Below are positions 20,891 through 28,807 of a DNA stretch of 64,000 nucleotides, piece by piece (the first letter of the stretch is position 1; the number at the start of each line of letters is the position of its first letter). The stretch lies in contig CAZELK010000001.1 in the NCBI GenBank assembly GCA_964513145.1, positions 96,001-160,000 of the forward strand, written 5' to 3'. Position numbers and translations under genes: made by a program. This DNA is from Candidatus Woesearchaeota archaeon. GTDB taxonomy: Archaea > Nanobdellota > Nanobdellia > SCGC-AAA011-G17 > JACPIM01. The notes under the pieces were generated by a model that saw only the letters and a program-made list of their open reading frames with translations, was not told the DNA's origin and ran no database searches.

Positions 20891-21256
20891 ATGAAATTAG
20901 ATGATTTAAAATATTTGCCGATTTTAACTGAAAATGTTTATTTTGCTAAACAAGAAAGAAGAGAAATTCAAGAAATTGCAGAAGTGAAAGTTGTGCCTGT
21001 TTCTAAGTCCAGAGAAATAGTTTCTGATAATTATGTTGCGTATATTTTGGGTTTAATAAAGCCCGGGTTTTATTTTGATGATTTTAATGGTATAGTAAAG
21101 AAAAATGAAAACTGGGAAGAGCATACTCTAGTTTGGTGTAATGAAACTATGGAATTATCAAATGGGGTTAGACTGCCGCTTGAAGCGAGAAGTAATTTAT
21201 GCTACGCCGGCTTATCAGAGATATTAGAGTACAAAACCTTTAAAAAATTTGAATAA
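20891..21256 (+). CDS. Hypothetical protein
   Basis: ORF abutting the thermosome stop. Confidence 0.55.
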   Translation: MKLDDLKYLPILTENVYFAKQERREIQEIAEVKVVPVSKSREIVSDNYVAYILGLIKPGFYFDDFNGIVKKNENWEEHTLVWCNETMELSNGVRLPLEARSNLCYAGLSEILEYKTFKKFE

Positions 21257-21265
21257 AACTATTTT

Positions 21266-21280
21266 TCGGAAACTTTTCGA
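21266..21280. promoter_or_regulatory. Palindromic operator-like motif, 18 nt upstream of TATAAA (21299)
   Basis: TCGGAAACTTTTCGA. Confidence 0.7.
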
Positions 21281-21325
21281 TTTTTTCTGAGCAATTATTA
21301 TAAATTGTTAAATTAAAATTAATAT

Positions 21326-21553
21326 ATGGACAACAAATTTTTGGATGAACATCCTTTAATAACTTCAATAACAACAATCGGTGTAATTGATTTAATTTTA
21401 ACCCTGTTAGGTTTTGATAAAAATCAACTCTTAGTAGTCACTTTCTTTACATCTTTAATAATAATGTTTATATATTTTGATAAACGTATTGAAAAATTAG
21501 AAAAATCTAAAGAGGGTGAAATAAAATTAATAAAAAAGGCATATCACAGTTAA
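21326..21553 (+). CDS. Small two-TM membrane protein with coiled tail
   Basis: Two hydrophobic segments then DKRIEKLE. Confidence 0.65.
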   Translation: MDNKFLDEHPLITSITTIGVIDLILTLLGFDKNQLLVVTFFTSLIIMFIYFDKRIEKLEKSKEGEIKLIKKAYHS

Positions 21554-21617
21554 CTTTATTTATAATAATCATATTAATTATCATATTAATTATCTTTTTA
21601 AGAAATCAATAATTATT

Positions 21618-21632
21618 TCGGAAAGTTTTCGG
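21618..21632. promoter_or_regulatory. Palindromic operator-like motif, 18 nt upstream of TATAAA (21651)
   Basis: TCGGAAAGTTTTCGG. Confidence 0.7.
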
Positions 21633-21677
21633 AATTTCTTACATAACGCATATAAATAATAAAATAATTTATTTTAT

Positions 21678-21839
21678 ATGGTAAACCCAATTAAAATAAG
21701 CGGCGGTGCTTTTTTCGTTTTTTTAGGAATAGTGTTGTTGAGCAAATTTGAAAATAATTTAACTTGGTCTGTTTTTGGCGCGCTTTCTATAGCAATTGGA
21801 ATGGGTTTAATAGCTTGGGTGTTTAATGAAAAAAATTGA
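21678..21839 (+). CDS. Small two-TM protein, 53 aa (not in ORF track)
   Basis: MVNPIKISGGAFFVFLGIVLLSKFENNLTWSVFGALSIAIGMGLIAWVFNEKN; ATG 27 nt after TATAAA. Confidence 0.65.
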   Translation: MVNPIKISGGAFFVFLGIVLLSKFENNLTWSVFGALSIAIGMGLIAWVFNEKN

Positions 21840-22086
21840 TCTTGAAAAGAATTGTTTGGATCTTGAATATCAGAAAAACTTACAGTTATTGAATGCTATT
21901 TTGATAACAAGCTCAGGCGGTTTAATAGCTTATTTAGCCAGCCTAATTTTAAATATAAGTCAATGGCGCGAATATTCTATAATTATAGCTGGAATTTTAT
22001 TGATAAGTATACTTGCTTATGCTAAAACAATTAGTAATTTAAATTTATTATCTAGCAAAATCAGAAATTTGAAAATGGAACAATAA
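21826..22086 (+). CDS. Small two-TM membrane protein
   Basis: Overlaps preceding ORF by 14 nt; two hydrophobic helices. Confidence 0.65.
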   Translation: MKKIDLEKNCLDLEYQKNLQLLNAILITSSGGLIAYLASLILNISQWREYSIIIAGILLISILAYAKTISNLNLLSSKIRNLKMEQ

Positions 22087-22118
22087 GGTATATAAATAAG
22101 TAATTCTAATAATAAGTT

Positions 22119-22421
22119 ATGTCAAAAGAGGTAATGCAGGAATTAATTAAGACAAATATTTCTCTAGAAAAAAAAGTTATTGAATTACTTGGATCTGTAA
22201 ATGAATTAGCTAAAAGAGTGGATCAAATGGTTGGCATTTTTACAAAAGCAGCAGAACATATTGAGAGGGGGGATGTAAAAGAACCCTTGGCTGCAAAATT
22301 AACTGAATTATTAGATCAAAACAAGAAAATTGCACGCGGTTTGTTATTACTTGAGAGATATGTGAAGGAAAAATCTTCTTTTTCATCATCATTGTATAAA
22401 GAAGAAAATCCTGAGTTTTGA
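22119..22421 (+). CDS. Coiled-coil hypothetical protein
   Basis: Heptad-like L/I periodicity; GTGA/ATGA-type overlap with next gene. Confidence 0.6.
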   Translation: MSKEVMQELIKTNISLEKKVIELLGSVNELAKRVDQMVGIFTKAAEHIERGDVKEPLAAKLTELLDQNKKIARGLLLLERYVKEKSSFSSSLYKEENPEF

Positions 22422-23296
22422 TTATGGGTATTAAATTTCTTTTTGATGAAGAACTAGAAACAAGCAGAAAAGAGCTTCAAGAAGTTATAGACTCACTAGA
22501 CCAGGAAGATAATTCTGGTGTTGAAAAAAAAGCAGATGTGCTCAAAAAATTTTCCTATGCAATTGTTCATTCTCTGATGAAACCACAATTTGTCAAGAAA
22601 GAGGAACTTTTAAAACCAAATATTGAGCAAAGAAAAATCTCTTTATTGAGCAGATTTTTTACAAAAGACATTCATCCCATTGTAAAAAAAATAGAGCCAA
22701 AGCAAATACAAATTGAGAAGCCTGTTTTAAAACCAGCAGAAAAGAAACCAGAAATAATACAGAAAGACCTGATTCTGGACAAGATTACAAACAAAGTTCT
22801 TGCTTATGTAAAATTAACAGACAAGTACTATATTATAGAACCAATTCTAGATGAGAATGATACAAAAGTCCTGAACAAAGTATTATATAAAAGACCGAAA
22901 AATATGGAAAAAGGATGGAAACTTATTTCAAAATATGGCAGTAAATTTAATGTTACACCAGATCATTTTACAAATATAAAATATTTTGTTGTTAATTTTT
23001 TGTATGGACTGGGGAGAATAGAACCTTTAGTTTATGACAAGGATATAAAAGAGATTTATTGTGATGGATTTAACAAACCAGTTAAAATAAAGTATATTGA
23101 TAAGCCTGTTGATACAAACATTATTTACCCAACTAAAGAAGAACTTAATAATTTTATCTATGATTTATCTTTTAAAGTAAAACAGAAAATAAAGAGGGAT
23201 AACCCAACAATAACCTTTAATTACAGAGACTTATACTTTGAGTGTACAATAAGCTTTTCAGAATTAACAGATTCAAAGTTTGTAATCAAGAAATAA
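22418..23296 (+). CDS. N-terminal-domain-only homolog of type II/IV secretion (TadA/FlaI/VirB11-like) ATPases
   Basis: YGLGRIEPLVYDKDIKEIYCDG...TNIIY...EELNNFI; no Walker A/B. Confidence 0.55.
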   Translation: MIMGIKFLFDEELETSRKELQEVIDSLDQEDNSGVEKKADVLKKFSYAIVHSLMKPQFVKKEELLKPNIEQRKISLLSRFFTKDIHPIVKKIEPKQIQIEKPVLKPAEKKPEIIQKDLILDKITNKVLAYVKLTDKYYIIEPILDENDTKVLNKVLYKRPKNMEKGWKLISKYGSKFNVTPDHFTNIKYFVVNFLYGLGRIEPLVYDKDIKEIYCDGFNKPVKIKYIDKPVDTNIIYPTKEELNNFIYDLSFKVKQKIKRDNPTITFNYRDLYFECTISFSELTDSKFVIKK

Positions 23297-23349
23297 TCTT
23301 TTAAAAAATTTTAGTGCCCAAATTTTTAGTAAGGGCACAAGAATAATTT

Positions 23350-23433
23350 TTATCGTCTTCTCTTTGTTGATCGTCGTGCACTACTCTTTCGTTTAGTAGT
23401 TCTTCTTGCAGATGCTTTTCTTCTTGCTGCCAT
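23350..23433 (-). CDS. 27-aa Arg/Lys-rich protamine-like microprotein (not in ORF track)
   Basis: MAARRKASARRTTKRKSSARRSTKRRR; SD GAGGTGA at 23444-23450. Confidence 0.7.
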   Translation of the reverse strand: MAARRKASARRTTKRKSSARRSTKRRR

Positions 23434-23552
23434 TTTTTTTAATTCACCTCTTTTTCTAATAATTATTAAGAAATATATGCTTTTTTTCATTTAAATATTT
23501 TTTGTTTTCTTATTTTAGGAAAATTTTTAAAATACAAATGATTATTAATTGC

Positions 23553-23855
23553 ATGATAAAAAAATTTTTCAAAACAACTTTGATTGTTATAGGAATTTTT
23601 TTGCTGATCATGATTGTAACATTGATCATGAAGGTTATAAATAAAAATTGCAATGCTGAAAATTCACTTTGCCAGCAAGGATACACATGCAACTTTAGAG
23701 AACAAAAATGTGTTGTTGCTGAAATGTGTCCTGATTTGAAACCAGAATTTTGCATTGCATTATATGATCCTGTCTGCAGTGAAGGAGAAGAATACAGCAA
23801 TGGATGTGCAGCGTGCAGAGAAGGAGTGAAAAATTATTATAAAGGCAAATGTTAA
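23553..23855 (+). CDS. Membrane-anchored Kazal-like protease-inhibitor protein (start moved from 23502)
   Basis: N-term TM; CIALYDPVC...YSNGCAAC...GKC. Confidence 0.7.
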   Translation: MIKKFFKTTLIVIGIFLLIMIVTLIMKVINKNCNAENSLCQQGYTCNFREQKCVVAEMCPDLKPEFCIALYDPVCSEGEEYSNGCAACREGVKNYYKGKC

Positions 23856-23865
23856 AATAAAATAG

Positions 23866-23976
23866 GTGATAAGAATTAAAAAAAGAGAGTGTGAAAATTG
23901 CGGTATAGAATACCCAATCAAGGAAAATGAAAAAGAGATAGACCTTTTTTATTGTCTTAATTGCAGAAGTGAATAG
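23866..23976 (+). CDS. 36-aa Zn-ribbon microprotein (GTG start; not in ORF track)
   Basis: IRIKKRECENCG...FYCLNCRSE; two CxxC. Confidence 0.5.
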   Translation: MIRIKKRECENCGIEYPIKENEKEIDLFYCLNCRSE

Positions 23977-24046
23977 GCTTATTATTTGCGTTTTTATGGG
24001 CTTTTTAATCAAAAATATTATAAATCATCAGCTAGTAATAAAAATC

Positions 24047-24244
24047 ATGAAAATAACTGCTTATTTAGAAAGGACTAAAGAAACAAAAGAAATTGACATC
24101 AAGGATTTTAAAGACATATTTATGAAATTAAATTTAAATCCCGAGGCAATGCTGGTTTTAAGAGACAATCAATTAATTACTGAGAAGACAAAATTGAAAG
24201 AAAATGATAAAGTAAGAATAATGCCAGTTATATCAGGCGGTTAA
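24047..24244 (+). CDS. ThiS/MoaD/SAMP-like sulfur carrier (start moved from 23969)
   Basis: Ubiquitin-fold size; C-terminal VISGG. Confidence 0.88.
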   Translation: MKITAYLERTKETKEIDIKDFKDIFMKLNLNPEAMLVLRDNQLITEKTKLKENDKVRIMPVISGG

Positions 24245-24245
24245 A

Positions 24246-25400
24246 ATGTTTAATTCTATTGTAGTTCATTATGGAGAAATCGGGTTAAAAGGAAACAACC
24301 GCTCTTTTTTTGAGAAGAAATTAGTTGAGAACATAAGATGGAACTTAAAAAATATAAATTTTATTTCAGTAAAAAGAATTTTTGGGAGAATAATTATTGA
24401 AATAGATGAATCAACAAAAATTAATGAAATTAAAGACAAATTGAGCAATATTTTTGGAATAGCGCATTTTTCTTTTGCTGTAAGGACAGGATTAACTATA
24501 GAAGAAATAAAACAAGTATCTTTAAAACTAATTTCAAATAAGAATTCATTTAGAGTAAAAACGATGAGAGCTAATAAGATTTTTACTTATTCATCTTCAG
24601 AAGTAAACAATATTGTTGGCGAATTTATTGTGAAAAATAAAAAATTGAAAGTTGATTTAAATAATGCTGATGAAACTATATTTATAGAAATAACTGACAA
24701 AGATGCTTTTATTTATAATGAAAAAATAAAATCTCTTGGCGGTTTGCCTGTAGGGGTTTCTGGAAAAGTAGTTTCTTTAATATCTGGTGGCATTGATTCA
24801 CCAGTATCTTCTTATTTGATGATGAAAAGAGGATGCAGCGTAATTTTTGTACATTTTTTTAATAGCACTATAAATACTAAGCAATCTTTAGAAAAAGTAA
24901 TTAGTCTAGTTGATGTTCTTAGTAAATATCAATTTAAAACTAAGTTGTATTTAGTACCTTTTGAAAATATACAGAAAGAAATAATAAAATATGTTAATTC
25001 GAAATACAGGATGATTGTTTACAAGAGATTTATGCTTAAGATCTCTGAGAAAATACTTGAAACTGAAGAAGCCTTATCTTTAGTTGATGGTTGTAATATT
25101 GGGCAAGTTGCGAGTCAAACTTTATCGAATATAAATGTTATAAACAAAGCTTCGGATTTTCAGGTATTATCTCCATTATTGAGTTTTGATAAAGATGAAA
25201 TAATACAAATTGCCAAAAAAATACATACTTTTGAGGTTTCAATATTGCCATATCAAGACTGCTGTTCTTTTTTAATTTCAGAACATCCAGCTACCAAGTC
25301 TAATTTAAAAGAAATAGAAGAATTTGAGAAAAAACTAAATGAAAAAGAATTAATAGAGCGAGCAATAAGAAATGCAACTGTGAAAAAAATACTAAATTAA
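24246..25400 (+). CDS. thiI: tRNA 4-thiouridine synthase (no rhodanese domain)
   Basis: HYGEIGLKG.NR, THUMP, GGLPVG, SGGIDS, GQVASQT, DCC. Confidence 0.93.
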   Translation: MFNSIVVHYGEIGLKGNNRSFFEKKLVENIRWNLKNINFISVKRIFGRIIIEIDESTKINEIKDKLSNIFGIAHFSFAVRTGLTIEEIKQVSLKLISNKNSFRVKTMRANKIFTYSSSEVNNIVGEFIVKNKKLKVDLNNADETIFIEITDKDAFIYNEKIKSLGGLPVGVSGKVVSLISGGIDSPVSSYLMMKRGCSVIFVHFFNSTINTKQSLEKVISLVDVLSKYQFKTKLYLVPFENIQKEIIKYVNSKYRMIVYKRFMLKISEKILETEEALSLVDGCNIGQVASQTLSNINVINKASDFQVLSPLLSFDKDEIIQIAKKIHTFEVSILPYQDCCSFLISEHPATKSNLKEIEEFEKKLNEKELIERAIRNATVKKILN

Positions 25401-25401
25401 A

Positions 25402-26310
25402 ATGCCCTGCAGAAATTGTGAAAATAACCCAGTAATAAAACTTCCGAATAGCAATATTTACCAATGTAAAAAATGCTTTAATAGGTATTTAGAGAAAAAA
25501 GTAAGAAAAACAATAAGAATTCACAAATTAATTGGCAAGAAAGATGTTATTGGTTGTGCTTGCAGCGGTGGCAAGGATAGCATGACAACTTTATATATTT
25601 TAAATAATATATTAAAACCACAAGGACTGAAAATAATTGCCCTAGCAATTGATGAAGGAATTGAAGGTTATAGGGATTTAACATTTTTAAAGAATTTCTG
25701 CAGTAAGAATAAAATAAAATTACATACTTTTTCATATAAAAAAGAATTTAACAAGACTTTAGACACCATGCTGAAATTAACAAATGAAAAGCCCTGTTCA
25801 ATTTGCGGTGTTTTCAGAAGATATCTACTAAATACAAAAGCAAGAAAATTAGGAGTTACTAAATTAGCAACAGGACATAATTTAGATGATGAAGCTCAGA
25901 CAATCTTAATGAACCAGTTCAGAAGGAATATTGCTGCTTCCGCACGTTTAGGGCCAATTACAGGAACTATTAATGATGAAAGATTTGTAAGAAGAATAAA
26001 GCCTCTTTATTTTTTAACTGAAAGGGAGGTTGCTGTTTTTGCTATTTTAAATAATTTAAAGGATGACTACAATGAATGTCCGAATGCTGCTTTATCTTAT
26101 AGGTGTAACATAAGGGACATGTTGAATGATATAGAAGCAAAATATCCAGGTACGAAACATTCAATTGTAAATTCTTTTATGGAAATACAACCGATGCTAA
26201 GGAAATTTTTTAACACAAAAAAAATCAAAACATGCAAATATTGTTTCGAACCTTGTTCACAAGATGTGTGCCAGGCGTGCAAATTAGCTATGAAATTAAA
26301 ATTATTATAG
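25402..26310 (+). CDS. tRNA 2-thiolation protein, TtuA/NcsA/Ctu1 family
   Basis: CxxC Zn fingers at both ends, SGGKDS, CSICGVFRR, TGHNLDD. Confidence 0.9.
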   Translation: MPCRNCENNPVIKLPNSNIYQCKKCFNRYLEKKVRKTIRIHKLIGKKDVIGCACSGGKDSMTTLYILNNILKPQGLKIIALAIDEGIEGYRDLTFLKNFCSKNKIKLHTFSYKKEFNKTLDTMLKLTNEKPCSICGVFRRYLLNTKARKLGVTKLATGHNLDDEAQTILMNQFRRNIAASARLGPITGTINDERFVRRIKPLYFLTEREVAVFAILNNLKDDYNECPNAALSYRCNIRDMLNDIEAKYPGTKHSIVNSFMEIQPMLRKFFNTKKIKTCKYCFEPCSQDVCQACKLAMKLKLL

Positions 26311-26317
26311 GATTAAA

Positions 26318-28150
26318 TTATTTGAACATGTTAAACATGCCTTCTTTGAAGCTGCTTTCTTCCTTTCTTCTTTTTAAATAAGAACTATTTTTCCTGAAAC
26401 TATCAAGATTTTCTTTTTTTGCCTTTACTTCAACATAATCTCTGTAATTTCTTTCTGGCTTAAATTTCATGTGCTGCAATTCTTTTTTAACATAATTCTC
26501 GTTTTTTTCAATTTTATTTTGCAACATTTTTTTTACTTCGCTGGCATATTCAGCTACTGTTCTTTCATTTCTCTTTTTTGCTTGAAAGAATTTTCTTTTC
26601 TTTAGGAATAATAAAATTCCAAGAATAATTAAGACAGATATTGTAAATATTAGGCTTGAATTGTTTTTATAGTATACAATTTTATCACCATCTATTTTTA
26701 TATTATTAAATATTTTGTCATTAATAGTTACTTTGTACAGTCCAGTTTTTGCTTCTGTACCAAGATCCAAGCTAAAACTTTCTCCTGGTTCAAGGTTAAC
26801 TTTTTTTGATGTTGTTAAACTTTCAGTAACGCCGTCTAATTTTATATTTAATGCTTCATTATAATCAACATTTCCTGTATTTGTTACTACCAAAGTCTGC
26901 CCTTGCAGATTGATTGCTATTTTTTTTACTTCACTAATATAAAACTTTTTTTCAGCTTTTAAATCATCTGAGCGTGCTTTTATTATCCATTCGCCTGGTC
27001 TGGCCACTGCTGGTAAAATGAACTCAACAGAGTCTTTTATAGTCTGATCAAATTTATTTGCTGTACTAGAGTCTTTTATCTCTATATTTACATCTCTGCT
27101 TATTAAATCACCACCTTGATCATAAACTAAAGCCTTGATTTTTATTTTTTCCCCAGGTTTATAGGAATCTTTATCTAAATTTATTTCTATTCTTTGCGAA
27201 ATTGCAGAAATGATAATATTTACTGAATTACTACCTTTATTTCCAGAACTATCAGTAGCTTCCACAACAACATTCTGAGACCCTGCTTTTATATTGTCAT
27301 CAACTTTTATTTTATGTGATATATCACCAAGAAGAATATTGCCATCAAATTCTTTATTATCAAATTTTATTTTATATGAACCAGAATTAACTCTTTTACC
27401 ATAAATATCCTTAACCTGGCCATTTATTTCGAATTCTTCACCAGGATTTATTTTATCTTTGCTTAATTTTACTTCCAAATTTAATAAATTTGTAATAGTA
27501 AATTTTATAGCTTCTGTAAATGAGTTTTCATTACTGTTTACATCTCTTACATTAAAGTCAATAGAATATTCCCCAATTGATGTATAATTGGATGGTATTT
27601 TAAACAATAAATTTCCGTCCTTTATATTGAGAGTATCTATGAAAAGTATATTTTTATCTCTTTTCAAGTAAACATTTGCAATTCCATTAATTTTCTTTCC
27701 ATTAACTTTAAATATCTCGCCCCTTACATCAACATCATCGCCTAACTGCACTTTGCTATTTACAAGAATAAAATTTCCCTTTAATTCTTTTGTAATTATG
27801 ATTAAATCACTTAATTTTTCTTCAATTAAATTATTGTTTTCTTCTAAAGTGCTTTTTAGGTTACACTCGCCCTCTATTATATTTGGGATTGTAAACTCCT
27901 CCTGAAAATTGTACTTTTCATTGGCATTAATATTTATTGTTCTAGTCATTAATGGTATGCTGCTTTCTTTGCAAATTAAAATTACCTTGAATAAGCCATT
28001 AAAATTATTTTCCCTGGAAATAAAGCCTACAAAGTTCATTATGTCACCAAAGTTATATGTTTTTGGGTTAATTTCATTAAATGATATTGCAGCATAAATA
28101 TTTGGCAGCAAAACGAGCATTAAAACTACTAATAAAAGACCTCTTTTCAT
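26318..28150 (-). CDS. Secreted, C-terminally anchored beta-rich (Ig-like repeat) surface protein
   Basis: Signal peptide, repeated beta motifs (YKPGEKIKI, INPGEEFEI), TM near aa 500, basic tail. Confidence 0.65.
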   Translation of the reverse strand: MKRGLLLVVLMLVLLPNIYAAISFNEINPKTYNFGDIMNFVGFISRENNFNGLFKVILICKESSIPLMTRTININANEKYNFQEEFTIPNIIEGECNLKSTLEENNNLIEEKLSDLIIITKELKGNFILVNSKVQLGDDVDVRGEIFKVNGKKINGIANVYLKRDKNILFIDTLNIKDGNLLFKIPSNYTSIGEYSIDFNVRDVNSNENSFTEAIKFTITNLLNLEVKLSKDKINPGEEFEINGQVKDIYGKRVNSGSYKIKFDNKEFDGNILLGDISHKIKVDDNIKAGSQNVVVEATDSSGNKGSNSVNIIISAISQRIEINLDKDSYKPGEKIKIKALVYDQGGDLISRDVNIEIKDSSTANKFDQTIKDSVEFILPAVARPGEWIIKARSDDLKAEKKFYISEVKKIAINLQGQTLVVTNTGNVDYNEALNIKLDGVTESLTTSKKVNLEPGESFSLDLGTEAKTGLYKVTINDKIFNNIKIDGDKIVYYKNNSSLIFTISVLIILGILLFLKKRKFFQAKKRNERTVAEYASEVKKMLQNKIEKNENYVKKELQHMKFKPERNYRDYVEVKAKKENLDSFRKNSSYLKRRKEESSFKEGMFNMFK

Positions 28151-28195
28151 AACTTTAACATAGTATATTCCTTTAAATATTTTATTATTATTTGG

Positions 28196-28411
28196 CTATA
28201 ATTCTTGGATCCTTTCTTCTATAATCCTTGATATTGGCTTTTTGTTTTTCTCACTTAAGTCTTTTAATTTGTTTATAGTTCTAATTGATAAAGTTAGGTC
28301 TATTCTTTTTCTCTGAAATGGCAATTTTCGAGTTTTATCATAGTTCTCTAGACTATCAAAAACGTACTTATATTTCTTTTTCATTCTTTTAATGTCTTTA
28401 TTTGATTGCAT
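28196..28411 (-). CDS. Ribbon-helix-helix protein, putative antitoxin
   Basis: KRIDLTLS...KLKDLS...ISRIIE; overlaps the Fic gene. Confidence 0.6.
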   Translation of the reverse strand: MQSNKDIKRMKKKYKYVFDSLENYDKTRKLPFQRKRIDLTLSIRTINKLKDLSEKNKKPISRIIEERIQEL

Positions 28412-28772
28412 TTTTTAGTCTCCAAATAATATCGTCAATATCAGTAATATTTTTTTTAGCTATTGAAACTATATGGTGCAGTAATAAATCAAAATCCGAA
28501 GTTTTTCCTTCCTGCTCAGCCAAAAATAAAACAATATAGGCTGCTGTTCTTTTATTTGCATCTGTAAATGGGTGATCAACCAAAATTGCTCTTATAAGAT
28601 AAGATAATTTTCTATAATTTCCAAATTTTTTGTTATTTAACATGTCTAAAGCAAAATCTAAACTAGATTCGCTTCTTAAACTTCCTCCAAAGGCCTTGTT
28701 TATTCTAATTATATCTTCCTTACTAATATTCATACACATAAATATTAGTAACTTATTTATAAATATTTGCAA
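28398..28772 (-). CDS. Fic/Doc family protein (true start probably 28739 or 28733)
   Basis: HPFTDANKRTA Fic/Doc motif. Confidence 0.88.
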   Translation of the reverse strand: MQIFINKLLIFMCMNISKEDIIRINKAFGGSLRSESSLDFALDMLNNKKFGNYRKLSYLIRAILVDHPFTDANKRTAAYIVLFLAEQEGKTSDFDLLLHHIVSIAKKNITDIDDIIWRLKNAIK

Positions 28773-28807
28773 TAATCTTTATATAGAACTGATTTGTTTA
28801 TTAAGAT

